Shown: positions 16,061 through 31,327 of the stretch, piece after piece | Numbering within the stretch: the first letter of the stretch is position 1 | Layout of the letters: every line of letters starts with the position of its first letter | Assembly: GCF_009914755.1 (NCBI RefSeq) | Contig: NC_060939.1 | DNA length: 64,000 nucleotides | Strand: one strand, 5' to 3' | Source: the human T2T-CHM13v2.0 reference genome, Homo sapiens | Program-made: the position numbers and the translations under genes | The notes under the pieces: model-generated | What the model saw: only the letters and a program-made list of their open reading frames with translations | Database searches by the model: none | Told to the model about the DNA's origin: nothing

Positions 16061-17385
16061 CTCTGAAGGCTGGTTATGGGACACATCACTTTCATACTTT
16101 GCTGTTCAATAAATGTGGGCTGGAGAATAAAGTAAACTGACAGAATTACCATATAAAATAAAATTCTAAGTGCTCTGACAACAAGAGAACCTTAAAATAC
16201 ACACACACACAGACACACACACAGTTTTCCCTGCTAATCATTTTACAACTAAACAACCAAGTAGCTAACGCAGAGCCCACAAAAGCGGAGTAAAAATTCT
16301 AACACTTCGTAAAATAAAAATGCACATATACCCCTGTGATCTAAAAAAAATGCTTAAGTATTCAAAGACAGCAATTACAGCTACTGAGAACATCGTTGTG
16401 AGCAAACAGAGGCAGAGAAAACAAAGGTGCTGATGAGGATTTGAAGCACCTAACCTGCAGAAACCCACTGGGTGATTTCCTAGGTTCCAGGGTGGCATTA
16501 TCTTTCAGAACGATCTTCAAGAAGAGGTCACATGACACTGTTACAAAGGATCTGGAGAAAGAGACCCTTGCTTTATCTCTCCGGCTCTCCAGTCATGCTT
16601 CACATTTTCGCTTCTTACACTCTTTCACATGAAGTCCATTTACACACCTCCATCAAGCCCTTAGAGACCTTTTTGCACTATCCATGACAAGTTCTGGATG
16701 TCATCTCTGCACTTTTGACAAATTCTTAGCAGTTAACTTACAGGGCAGTTAAGATTTTTGTTCAAGCACAATATAGCTAGAATAGGGTCATATACTCAAT
16801 AAAACAAATATTTACCAAGCACTTATTGAGTGGAAGATAAAAAGCACAAAGCATAATTACAAAATATTCTCCCCTGCCACCATAAAAGAATTTCTTAAAG
16901 GCTTACAGAATATAGCATAACGTGACCAAAACAAAAATAGTAAGGACTGAAGAGGGGAGGAAGGGAAAATATCAGCATGAACTCAATATGACCCAGAAGA
17001 GCCTTGATGGTCAGACGTGTAAAGACGAGTTGGGTAGGGTTAAAGGGTGGAGGTCAGGGGCACAGGTCAGGGGCACATTCTACAAGGGAAAAACAGCTGA
17101 TACAGAAGCCTGAAAGGAAAAGCGGGCAGAGCACCTGTACAGGACTCTTACCTGCGGCATCTACCATACAATGCGCCTTTCCAGAACACAGCAGTGCGCA
17201 GCCAGCCCCTGGGGAGAGGGATCACTCAAACAGCACCAGAGGCTGCATTCCAACTTTTCTTCCATCAACGACTCCGTTTTCATTGTTAGTTTCTCCTTCA
17301 ACACAAACTTGAAACCAATTGGCTGAACACGCGGGAGCAAGGAAAACCTGACTGAAGAATGAGGCGTTAAAACTTAAGGGCCTTG

Positions 17386-17973
<588 letters not shown>

Positions 17974-17989
17974 AAAATACCGAAAATCT

Positions 17990-18995
17990 TAAAGGTCTTT
18001 CCCCTTCCCCGCCTGGGCTCAAAAAACGCCGGAGCCGCCCTGCACCGCCCTGTCGCGGTCTCCGGAGCAGGCTGGCCGACTGAGGGCGACCATGGGTCCC
18101 AAGAAGGCTCCGGCAGTCGCGGGCTCCCACCTCGGGGCGCGGCGACGGGGGCCTAGAGGGGCCAACAGCCCCCAAGCTTACGCCACGCGAGGAGTCGGAG
18201 AGACGCGCCCTCCCTCTCCTCCCACCCAAGCCTCCGGCAGTCCCGGGCCGGGGCTGGGCCAGTTGCGGGAGAAAGGGGCGGGGAACTGGGGCCTCTCTGG
18301 GGAAGGCTCCCCTTTGTCCTGGGACTCCGGGCGCCCCCTCTCTGCCCTCGCCCTGCCCCGCGAGGCCGCCGCCGGGCGCCTCACAGTCATGTTGCAGTGG
18401 AGCGTGAGCGGGGGCTGCGGCTCCTGGTTCTTGTGGAAGATAGTCCCAGAAACTTCCCTTTGGCCTTGAACCCTGACACGGACATCTTCCACTCATCTAC
18501 GGCGGGAGGGGCGCGGAAGGGGAGCCTGTCCGGAGCCGCTGTCACGGCCGCGACTACCCAGCGGGGCCGCCCAGCCGAGCTTTCGCGACTCTGCCTCTGC
18601 CTGCCGCCTGGACCCTTGTGGGAGCGCGGCTGGAAAATGGCAAGGGCACGGAGGCCTTGGCGGGAGCTGTGTGGCGGCCTGGGGGGCTGCTCCCTTTGTA
18701 ACCGACTCCACCCACAGGAGGCGCGGCTCCTGTCAAGCCGCAGCTTCAAAGGGCAACATAACCACTGCCCCCACTACCGCCTGGGAAAGGGCTGCCCCTA
18801 CCCTGCCCCCGTCACCCTCACCCCTCACCCCTCAACCAGGCGGGCCCTGCGCGCACCAGTTTCGGCGGGTGCACGAGTCCAGAGCGTGCGCGCGCTCCCG
18901 GCTGCCCCCTCCTCCCTTGACCCAGCACCTTTCTGCCCGACCCATCTGGTTCCTTCCTCACACTCGCCGACTGGAAGCTCAGGGCGGCACAGCCA
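17990..18995. promoter_or_regulatory. CpG island / promoter of the UBE2Q2 pseudogene copy
   Basis: Very GC- and CpG-dense ~1 kb with GC boxes (GGGGCGGGG) surrounding UBE2Q2-like exon 1. Confidence 0.8.
18385..18485 (-). pseudogene. UBE2Q2P: UBE2Q2 pseudogene, coding part of exon 1 (frameshifted, internal deletion)
   Basis: Translates MSVSGFKAKGKFL / (frameshift) TIFHKNQEPQPPLTLHCNMT, versus recalled UBE2Q2 [22 protein letters not shown]…PPPLTLHCNIT. Donor GTGAGG follows at 18384. Confidence 0.9.
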
Positions 18996-18997
18996 CT

Positions 18998-18999
<2 letters not shown>

Positions 19000-19075
<76 letters not shown>
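19000..19075. repeat. Compound microsatellite (CT)n(GT)n
   Basis: Seen directly. Confidence 0.98.
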
Positions 19076-19078
<3 letters not shown>

Positions 19079-20947
19079 AAGGGAACAGAGCACTGCTGAG
19101 TTCAGGCAGATGATAACTCGTTCCTGGACGGTCAGCAAAATACAGTCCCAAGAAGGCTCTGTGCTGATTTGTCTTTTGCGGTGACATCATGTTGCTCATG
19201 TTTTATGTTTTTCGGAGTTCATTAGTTTCTTTTTGTTCTCAGTTAATATCCAGCTCAATAGATTGTGTAAGTAGAATACCCCCAAACTGAAAGTCACCTA
19301 CATAAAATATAGTGAAAAATATGTCACCCACTTAAACTGTAGTTGAAAACATGTACACTTTAGTTTTGCGTAGTCAACACTGGATCCCAGGGCTAGACTG
19401 CCTGGGTTCAAGTTCCAACGTAGCCACTTGCTGGCTGTGAAATACTTGACAGCTTTAAGCCCCAGTTTCTTTTTTTGTTTTAACTTCATCCCGAATGTGA
19501 TAGTAAGTCTCAGTTTCTTGATCTGAAAAAGAGAAATGATTCAATGAGAGTCTAGTGAAAACTTTAAAGTTTTTAAAGCGACTACCTGGCTAAGGAAAGT
19601 CCTCAGCCTTAGCCGTTATTAGCTATGATTATTATTGTGTTGGCTACACGTGCACTAATGAGGCAGGAAAATGCTCAAGGATAACAACCAAGTATGCAAA
19701 TTATCTCATCAGACCGAGAGGGAGGCATATGTGTGCATGCTCACGTTTCAGCTCAGAGCCCTTTGTCTAGAAGGCTCTTGAACTCAGAGGTCCAGGCACT
19801 ATCAGCTTTGCAGTGGAGCCATCACTTTTGTTGATCAATGAAATTGACATAATGCTTTTTTTTTTAAAGCACCAACCGTGTGCCTCAAGCTAACTGTCAA
19901 GAAAAGCATGCGTCAGTTGGCTGGAGTGAGCAATTCAACTCGTGGAGGAATGAGAAATGTTAGCGTTGAGACGAGAAACATAAAACCCCAGGTTAAGGTA
20001 GGAATCACTGAAAGTCAGGCAAAGGAACTGACATCCAGTAATGAGTTAGGCTTTGCCGGGCTCTGGCCCTACAGATGGCTCTTTGGAGAGGAAAAAATTA
20101 AGCCAGGCCTGAGGGCACAGATCCTAAGGGAATGCTGGCAGCTCTGGGCTGTCTATGGAAGAGAAGCAGAGGGTAGCGCCTGGTTGAAAGAGGGTGCTGG
20201 GGGACATAGCTTGAGCCTGTGTTTACAGATGGAGTCCCCTGATTCCTGAGACTGGGAAAAGAGATCGTGCCCGGATCAGGGGACCTCAAATCACAACTCT
20301 TCCCACCCACACCCCTTCTTTTCAGGGCGTCTGTCGCTGCAAACTACAGGTAAACTAGTTGGAAAGCTCCGCAGATTCTCACGGTGGTGCCCAGCAGGCC
20401 AGCCCTAGCTGCCCTTTAACCTGTGACTGAGGATGATGCCACTGGCCTGTAAGCACACATTGGAAAATCTTTACACCCATGGACACGCCATGCCCCACAG
20501 AGACAGCTGTGCAGGGTTCTTTAGGTTTGGGGTGCTGTGCTGGCAGTTGCCTTATAAATATGTAGGATTAAAATGGGATGCCCTGGAGCTTAGCTAACCT
20601 TTATCCTCCCCCCACTCCCCACCCCCAAAATGAAGGGGCTGCTAGTTTTGTTTGCTTTATGAAAGATGGATCTGTCATTGTTTTTAGAACCTTTGGAGAA
20701 AGATTTCTTGGGAGGAAGCGATCCTGAACCCCCAGAGATTTTTCTCATTTACTGGCGCACCAGCTTTAGAGTCCTAGGTCTTCATCTTGGCCCAGCCACC
20801 CTCCAACTGTGTGACCTTTGAGAAGCTGTTTGACTAAACTGAATCTCGTTGTCACCTATGAGTGGAGGTTGCTACGTTGTTACTGTGTGGAGCACCTACC
20901 CCCAGGCACTCTTATAGGGTGATGGTGAAGATTCAATGCAACAATAA

Positions 20948-21275
<328 letters not shown>

Positions 21276-21850
21276 TCAGGCACATGATAAATGCTCGATA
21301 AATGGTAGCCCCAGTAAACTTTGTAATGTTTTGGGAGAGGATGTCCTTTGGACTCAGCCCGGTGACAAAAGCATTTGAAAAGACTGATGTGTATGATGGC
21401 TATTTCCTACAGGTACAAGTCTGTACCTCCAGGGACCCAAGGCATTGGCTCGACTGGGTAACTTGTTCTGTTTACTCTTGTTTTGGGCAGCACCGATTGC
21501 CCTAGGGCTAAGCAGGACTGCCACCCCAGACTCGATTGCCAACAGTATCCCCCTCCCCAAGCTAGCCATGGGAAAGCCACTTGCATCGTAAGACTACAGA
21601 AAATCAAAGGGAAGAAAAAGCACAATTTAGTCAGCTACTCTCCAGTTGATGGGCAATAAGTTTTTGCTATTTTGAACAGAGCTGCATGCCTTGTCCACAT
21701 CCCCTGTTTTATATAGTCAAGAATTTGTCTTGGATGTAGAGTAGAGTTGCTGGGCGGGGAGGAGTGTGAATATTCAACCTTATGAGATGGAGCCAAACTG
21801 TTTTCCAAGGTGGTCATACCAGTGTATGCTCCCAGCAGCAGGCAGCAGTT

Positions 21851-22143
21851 CTTTTTTTTTTTTTTTTGAGACAGGGTCCGCCCAGGCTAGAGTGCCGTGG
21901 CACGATCTTGGCTCATTGCAAGCTCTGCCACCTGGGTTCACCCCATTCTCTTGCCTCAACCTCCTGAGTAGCTGGGACTACAGGTGCCCGCCGCCATGCG
22001 TGGCTAATTTTTTCTTATTTTTTTAGTAGAGACGGGGTTTCACTGTGTTAGCCAGGATGGTCTCGACCTCCTGACCTTGTGATCCACCTGCCTCGGCCTC
22101 CCAAAGTGCTGGGATTACAGGTGTGAGTCACTGCGCCCGGCCC
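21851..22143 (-). mobile_element. Alu (AluY-like)
   Basis: Y-type motifs GCAAGCTC and GTGTTAGCCAGGATGGTCTCG; TSD CAGCAGTTCTT. Confidence 0.95.
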
Positions 22144-22330
22144 AACAGCAGTTCTTAAGAGATCTCCAGGATCTCTATCTTCTGGTGATGTCACAAGCAG
22201 TCAAAAGAATAAAAGCCAGCTATAAGCAACAATAAGAATCTGAACAATATACTATTAAGGGAAAAAAACAAATTCCAGAAGGATGCATACAGCATACTTT
22301 ATATAACTTGGAAAAGGAAATGTATATATA

Positions 22331-23367
<1,037 letters not shown>

Positions 23368-23368
23368 C

Positions 23369-23781
23369 CTCAAAGGATCACTAGTGGCTATTATCAGCAA
23401 CTATAGGCAAAGAAATAGGAAAACCTATTAAAAATGGATAAATTTCCAGACACAACCAGACTACCCAGATTGAACCATGACGAAAGCCAAAACCTGAACA
23501 GACCAATAACAAATAATGGGATGAAAGTGGTAGTAAAAATCTCCCAGCAAAGAAAAGCCTGGGACCTGATGATTCACTGCTGAATTCTAGCAAACATTTA
23601 AAGAAGAACTAATACCCACCTTACCCAAACGATTCCAAAAACAGAGAAGAAGGGAATACTTCCAAACTCTTTCTACAAGGCTAGTGTCACCCTGATACCA
23701 AAACCAAAGATATATCCAAAAAAGAAAACTACAGGCCAATATCACTGATGAATATTGATGCAAAAATCCTCAACAAAATAT
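23369..23781 (+). mobile_element. L1 ORF2 internal fragment
   Basis: Motifs AAAAGCCTGGGACCTGATG and GAAAACTACAGGCCAATATCACTGATGAATATTGATGCAAAAATCCTCAACAAAATA (encoding [18 protein letters not shown]). Confidence 0.9.
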
Positions 23782-24628
23782 GAGCTAACTGAATTCCACA
23801 ACGCATTAAAGTTGGGGTGCAGTGTTGCAGGTTCACTCAACCCTTCCCGTTTTCCTCTCTGTGTGTGTCTCCTTTGCCGTGTTCCATGGTGGCAGCGGCG
23901 GTGGCAGTGTTGGTGCATGGGCCTCCCAGGGCAAGGGGAAAGTGAGTATGCCCTTTTCTTGCCTCCTGCCAGGCGTCTGCAGCCTGGCACAAGCTCTGGC
24001 CAGGTCTCCAAGCAAGGGAGCTGGAGATGTTCTTTTCCAATTTCTGGATTGGTAACTTGAGGCAAATTCTGGGCACTAGAGTCAGAACTTAGACGAGACT
24101 GAATCAGGGGAGTCTGGGGTCCTGAGAGGCAGAGGCCTGAAACCGTCTAGAGCCATGTGGGGAGCTGGGTGTGTATTCAGGCCAGTTGCTTTTCTCTGTG
24201 CCTCAATGTTCCAGGTACACCTTGGAGGGGCTGAGATCCTAGGGATTCCTGGAGCCTGGCTGCATGGCCTGGCCACCCTGATGCCCTTGTGTTCTCCATG
24301 ACAGGACAGCAAGGCCGAGGAGAATGGCTCCGACAGCTTCATGCACTCCATGGACCCACAGCTGGAGCGGCAAATGGAAACCACGCAGAACCTGGTGGAC
24401 TCCTACGCGGCCATTGTCAACAAGACCGTGTGGGACCTCATGGTTGGTGTCACGCCCAAGACCATCATGCACGTCATGATCAACAACAGGCATGCACCGC
24501 CTCATGGGAGCAGGGGGCTCCTGTGGCATTGGGGATGCAGGTGGCCATGTTGGCCAGGGGGAGATGCTGGCCAGCCCTATGGGACCAGGTCCAGGGAGGG
24601 AGGCACGGTCCAGACCAGATCTGTCTCA

Positions 24629-24935
<307 letters not shown>

Positions 24936-27097
24936 AATTTTATTTAAAAAAACTGAGTAGACAGGTGTCCTGGTGGCATGATAGGTCCTGTGTCCCCTCC
25001 CAGATCTGTGACCTTGGACAGGTGACTTTTCCTCTGGACCTCAGTGTCCCTATCTGAGTGAGAAAAGGGCGGTGGGGCGGCAGATCTTTGAGTCTAAGCG
25101 GTGTAGAAGCCGCGTGTGCAAAGCCATACTCAGGGCTCCAAGTCCAGCACACTGTCCCAGCACAGGCATCAGGCCAGCACATGCATCAGGTCCCAACCTC
25201 CTTCCCTCTTTGCCCCCTCTCAGACCAAGGAGTTCATATTATCAGAGTTGCTGTCCAACCTGTACTTGCATGGGAACCAGAACACGCTGATGGAGGAGTT
25301 GGCAGAGCAGGCACAGTGGCGAGATGAGATGCTGCGCATGTACCACGTGCTGAAGGAGGTGCTCAGCATCATCGGTGACATCAACACAACCACCATCAGC
25401 ACGCACATGGGGGCCCATGGACAACTCCTGGCTGCAGGTGCAGAGCGTCCTTGCCAGACGCAGGTACCAGGGCTGGCCCCCATGGCCCCAAGGCTCCCCA
25501 GCCCCCATGGCTGAGCCTGGGGGCTCTTGGAACAGGCTCCGTGCCCAAGCTGGCAGATGTGGGTGGTCTCTGGAGCCGTCAGGGAGCTCGTGGTTTATGG
25601 TGTAAGGGCTGAGAGCTTGGAGGGGGTTGTGTGTGGGGCTGTACTCTGAGGTGGCCAGAGGCCCAGGAATGTCATCCTGGGCACGCCATGCCTTTTGTGC
25701 TGTCTGAGCCATGCTGCCAGGGTGGGGCATCCAGCTCCCAGCCTGGATGCCTTGGAGTGCTGACAGCCAAATCCACTGCAGAGCAGGGGTGATAGGGTCC
25801 CACCTCCTCTATCTGTCGGCAAAACAGTGGTGATCTAGGATAAAACCTCGAGAGTCCCATACACACGGTCAACCCAAAACACACCTCACAGGTCAGGTAG
25901 GGGCACACAGCCCCCTTCCCTCCCTCCCAGGTACCATCATAGCTGCTAGCATGTGACTGAAGGCAGGGTCCCTGGGCTCCGCTGAAGCACTACCACCAGC
26001 CAGCAGGCTCACGCACCTTGGCTTGTTGCTCCTAGAGGTTGGCCCTGCTATTCAGCCGAGGGGAGCACAGTGCCTGCTGGCCCAGCTGAGCTCTGCCCAG
26101 CAAGCCCACCCACCTCCCTTGCCATGGTCTCCCTCTTCTTTCCCTGGGAGGAAGGACCCAGCCTCACCTATGGGACCTGCAATCTCCAACAAGCTGAGGC
26201 TCCCCTCTTAGACTTATAAGTTTATAGCCAGTGGCATCCGGCTGCCTGCCCACCCTGCCTCCCCCAGGGTCCCTTCAGAGGGTCCTGAGCTTCCTGACCA
26301 CCCAGAGGGGGCTCCGGCGATCACTCCAACCATCCATCCCATTTAGCTTCATCATCCTTGTTCGAGCGATGTTCCTTCTGTCAGGCCTGGTGGCTGTTAC
26401 GTTGGGCTCCCCAAGGTGAGAGGTGGCCCTGGACCAGTTGGTTGGAAGACAGGTTGGAAGACGACTTGGAAGACAAGTTGGTTGGTGACCAGAGAAGAGG
26501 GAAGCCCAAAGGGGCCGAGCGTTGGTCTGACCTGTGGGTACACTGCCTGGGTGCAATGGAAGAGGCCAGCATGTGTGGGGTGGGGAGGGCCGCCACAGTC
26601 CCCAGGCACTACCTGTGAAGCTCCGGCTCCTCCCTCCATCTTCCTCCCCTTTCCCTTCCAGCCCCTCTTTTCCAGGAACCTTGCCACAGCCGCACCTGCG
26701 CCCTCCCCTCCCTGGCCCTCCCACAGCTGCTGTGGCACACCTGTGCTCTGCACTGGCCTCACCAGCTCTCTGCTCCCTTTTGTCTCTCCTCTTTTCTCTC
26801 TGCTTTCTCTCCAACTGCCAGCCGATCGGGTCACGCAAGTCCATCCCATCCTGAGAGCCCCACGCCCCCCTTCGACCTCTAAACAGATCCCTCCTCTTCT
26901 CGGAGGCCTCCCTTTCCAAGCCTGCCTGGGCGGCTGTTCTGTGACTTGGCAGTGGCTCCCCCAGCCCCAAAGCCAGCCCCCTTCATCTGTGACTTAGTCT
27001 GTTGTAGTGGTGAGCTGACACATCCAGGTGTGACTGTTGTGAAACTTGTGCCCCCCTCTGTGGTATGCCCTCGCATTGTTCTAGAAATATCTATACT

Positions 27098-27100
<3 letters not shown>

Positions 27101-27130
<30 letters not shown>
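27101..27130. repeat. (CA)n microsatellite in the DNM1P 3' UTR
   Basis: Seen directly. Confidence 0.95.
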
Positions 27131-27132
<2 letters not shown>

Positions 27133-28644
27133 CCCTACACCTACATGTGGCCAACGGCCTCGCCTCTAGTGCTGGGAATCAGTCACCGTGCTGTCCTCTT
27201 GGAGTCTTGTGGCCCAACAAGAGAAAGCTGTCCCGACATTGCCCCTCCAAAGTGCAAGACCTCCGGTGAGTCTCCCTGTCACGCCTGGCCTATGGAGAGT
27301 CAGCCCCCGCCATCCCTCCCGCCCCCCACCAAGCATGGGAGTGCTGTGCAGGCAGCTGTGTGGCCTGACACTCTCTACCAGTCCTGCTGTCCCTTGGCTG
27401 AGAATCAAACCCATTTCTGGATGACGGGGAAGTGTGTCCTCTGCTGGCTGTGTTCTCTGTGGAGCTCAGGGGAGGGGAAAGGCCAAGCCATTTCTAGGGT
27501 GCTGTTTGGAGGGGTGAAAAGGCCATACCCTTTCCAAGGGACACTTTTCCTGGAAAGCCCCTGGAACTTAGCTGGCTCTTGTCCTGTGAAGCCGGCTCTG
27601 GCCACCAGGGGGCAGGGCCACGAACTCAGCCTGAAGGGAGCCTGCCGGGCAGCCGGCACTCTGGAGGGACAGAGAGAACAGGCCACCAGGTGCAGACAGG
27701 GGAGGGAGGAAGGGGACAGAAGGGAAGACGCCTGGGGTGGGTGGAAGTCAGTGCCCTTAGGTGCTGGTACCTGTCTTCCCGGCCACCGCTACAACAGGCT
27801 TCCGAGCCTGTTGGCTGTCAGGGCTGGACTGCGCCCCATAGGCACCATGGCAGTCCCCGTGGAATCCCCCAGGCGCCACTAGGCAGCATACAGGTAACAC
27901 GCCTGGAAGGTCCCTAACAGCCTAGCTGGACACACTCAAGACACTCTGGGGCTCCTCATTTGGTGGCACAAACTCCAGGACCCAGTGAGTGAAATGGGAA
28001 CACACCAGGTCGGGCAGTATGGCTAAATCCATATATTCCAAAATAAAAAGCAAAATAAACAGGAGTCGCATCACCAGGGAGCCACAACCCCATCCCCGCC
28101 TCCTTCCTCTGTCTTATGCTAGCAATAAATAAGTTTCGCAGCCACAAATAATTATTACAACCTCCTCCCCATGTGCCGGCTCCAACCTCAGCTAGGTATG
28201 ATACAGGGGCGGCCCTACCCTCTGGAATATACAAAACCTTACACAGACACAATATGTACACCGGGGAACGGGGGCCACCCCAGCAGCCCGTGCCCTCGCC
28301 TGGTCCACAGTTAGCCCCACTGTCCTGCCTCTCTGAATAAGAAGGTGGGAGCCCCCCTGAGGGAAAAGTTGCTATGGTGAGAGTAAGGGGGGCATCAGGC
28401 CTCCTCCAAACAAACCAACTCCACCAGCCTCTGGCTCTTAAATAATAATCATCATCATCCAGAAATTTAGGGACTCAGCCCTGATCGAGGGGGCAAAGGG
28501 TCTGTTTGTCTTTCCCCATTAGACAGAGGTCTTGTCCTGCTACCCTAATTGTAAAGGGGTGCCTGGGAAGGGGTGGTAGGGACATGGTGGCGGTGGAGAC
28601 TCCGGCCCCACTTCTCCAGGCTTTGCTGACAGGGGCCTGCTTTT

Positions 28645-31300
28645 AATTTTTATTTTTATTCCATGACTTTTTTAAATCCCATAACTTCTTTTTCATAACT
28701 TTGTTTTGGTAACTTTTCAGAAAACGTTTTTCTACTTTTTTGCCACAACAGTTTTACATTTTTTATCCAATAACTTTTTCACCCCATAACTTTTTTAATC
28801 CCATACCTTTTTTATTTTGTGTTCTTTTAATAAACACTTGCATAGTTATACTACAATTTTGTGAAAATGAAACAGATTATCTCATGCCAAGCATGCCCAG
28901 TATTTGCACAGTATCAATACCTTTAATACTATAATTTTCAAGATGCGCAAAATAAAATTTTAAGGCAAAAACAGCACTTTGCAACAATTTAATAATTTAT
29001 CACATTACAGTAGCATCACACCAGCAGTCAATAATGCCACTTTAGGCAAAAGTCTTTCAGTATTTCTGTTACACATTCTGTTAACAAGAACCCATACATT
29101 GGTAAAATTCATTCTAAGAAAACTTGGCAAACAAAGCTTTGGACTGGAATTGGCATTTCTTTCTCTACTTTTCCTTCCCACCATTTCTTTCTTTTAAACT
29201 ACAGTATTCATATTTTAAAATGTTTTAACTTATTTCAGAACATAAAGATAGCAGTTACACTTTTAAATATTTATATTATTTTAAAATGACTCTTTAGGAT
29301 ACAGTTTTAAACCCACGGGCTAGAAATCATACCACTATTAGCCACATTATTTGGTCTAATATTTTTTCTTTATTATTCTGAAACTGGGTTTATCTAATAC
29401 ATTGATAAATTCATACAATTCGGAAGAGTCAGTTGAAGTCACAAGGACCCAATATCTGCCCTCTTTCAGTGAATGCCGGCAAATCTGTTATTCCATTGGC
29501 AAAATCGTATTGCTGCTCTCCTGTTAATCTCCTATTTATAAAAGGATCATGAGGCTGCCAAGTGCTAAAAATGGAGATGGTCTAGTAACTAGAAAACTCC
29601 CCACCCCAGGGAGCACACATACATATCTCCCTACAACCTAATAATGTGATGTGTTTTGGAACACAGACATTAGAACTTCATGAAGTTTTAACTGTTGATT
29701 CTTTCCCAAGCATCATCAAGTTATGATTTAGGCAATGTATGATTGAAATGCATTCACTCATCACGCATAGGCACAATCACAGAAATATTGCACAAAATAT
29801 GTCCCTGACTGAAACTGAGAGGTACAAAAACATATTTCACTCTTCGTAAAGAAGTTTGTGAGGAAATACAACTCTGCGATCGTATAGACATGTTTCCTGA
29901 TAATACATTGACATTCACAAACAGTAGATTGCAGCACAGTGTGTAAACATTTTCAGTTGCATAAACTTCTCCTTGATTTTCAAAGATAATATAATACTGT
30001 CTACTAAAATTCCTTTTTGTTTCAACTAAGTACTCTCACATATATTAGTTTATAATAATGTTTGTTATTATTTTCTAAAGTGTTTTCCACTCAAGGAAAA
30101 GAAGTAAATTCCTATGTCAGAGTAACCGAGGTGGTTGAAGAATAGGTATTAGCCAGAGAGGTCTAGATAGTAAAATCAAACTTCAAGCCTCAAAGAAGCT
30201 CCATGAACAGAGAGGAATGCCAGGTGTCACACAGCTTTCCTTCACTCTAATTCATTCTTGACTAGAGCCTGTATGCCTGTTTCAGAGACATTTAAACTCT
30301 TAAAGGATGTCTTATGATCTTTACTAAATACATTAAGAAGAATGCCAACCAGCGCCCTTTCGTGTACTGGGACAGGTAGTCATGTGATTAAAACAGGGAA
30401 CACGAACTCTGACTTTAAAATGTATTGTAGATACAAATGCTCTAAGCTAGGAAAGGTTTTCCACATCCACAGCCAACGATGGCAGCCTTTCATTCCTCGG
30501 AAATAAGCCATTTTTAGGTCACTGAAAAAGAGTGCAACTGCTGCAGCTCACGATGCAATATCTTCATGAGCCCAGAGCACATACAAATCCAAAGGGAACT
30601 GCCACAGTACAGTGCTCATTCTTGGCACCGGAACAGATGAAACACACTGTATCCTGCACATACCTGCCAGAGCAGGCCACTTTCCTCTTCTGCGAGATTT
30701 AGAAAGCTCCCCCAAAAGGTTATCACTCCCATCACCAATACACAGAAAATGGAGGAAAGGCTGTTTCCAGTTCTCGGCCTTTAAACAGCTCTAAGTGTCA
30801 GTACTCATAGTGGCATATTACAAAGTAATAAACAGTGCACACTTGAGGGCAAACCGCATATTGAGCTATGGAAGAGCTCACTGTGATTAAGATGAGATCA
30901 AACATCATAGCAGAACATTAGCAAATTTTATCTGAATTCTGTAATGAACATCCATGCTGCAATAACATTAAAAAAGCACGGGAGCCTATTCCAAACCAGC
31001 GAGAACAGTTTTGTGCAAAGAGTGGGTCTTTGTGTGTTTGAACTCCCACCACGTAAGGGCAAACTCGATATGCATGCTAATGACCTACAATTATGAAATG
31101 AAAAAAGAAAAATGCTAAAGGATGCCAGAGTGAACATCAGTGAGAGGCACAGAGACCCACTCTCTTTTAACTTTTTACAAATAAACTTAAACTATAAATT
31201 AGAAACACAAATAATCATGAGTAGCTCTAACATTCAAATGAAGTAAATGAATTGTGTAGGAGATTAACCCCATAACTTTGTTTCGTTTTTAAAAATTTCT
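28645..31300 (-). other. AT-rich retro-inserted 3' UTR block forming the golgin 3' UTR (probably ITSN2-derived chromosome-15 core element)
   Basis: About 2.6 kb AT-rich block between the golgin C-terminus and the GC-rich GOLGA2-like 3' UTR. On the - strand, ATTAAA at ~28826-28831 is followed by a degenerate poly-A array. The ITSN2 origin is recalled, not verified. Confidence 0.6.
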
Positions 31301-31327
31301 TGAGCAGCTCTTTGATGATGGTGGTGT

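Noticed and set aside
26275-27882. 193-245 aa ORFs
   Set aside because: They span DNM1P intron and 3' UTR sequence; GC-rich chance ORFs.
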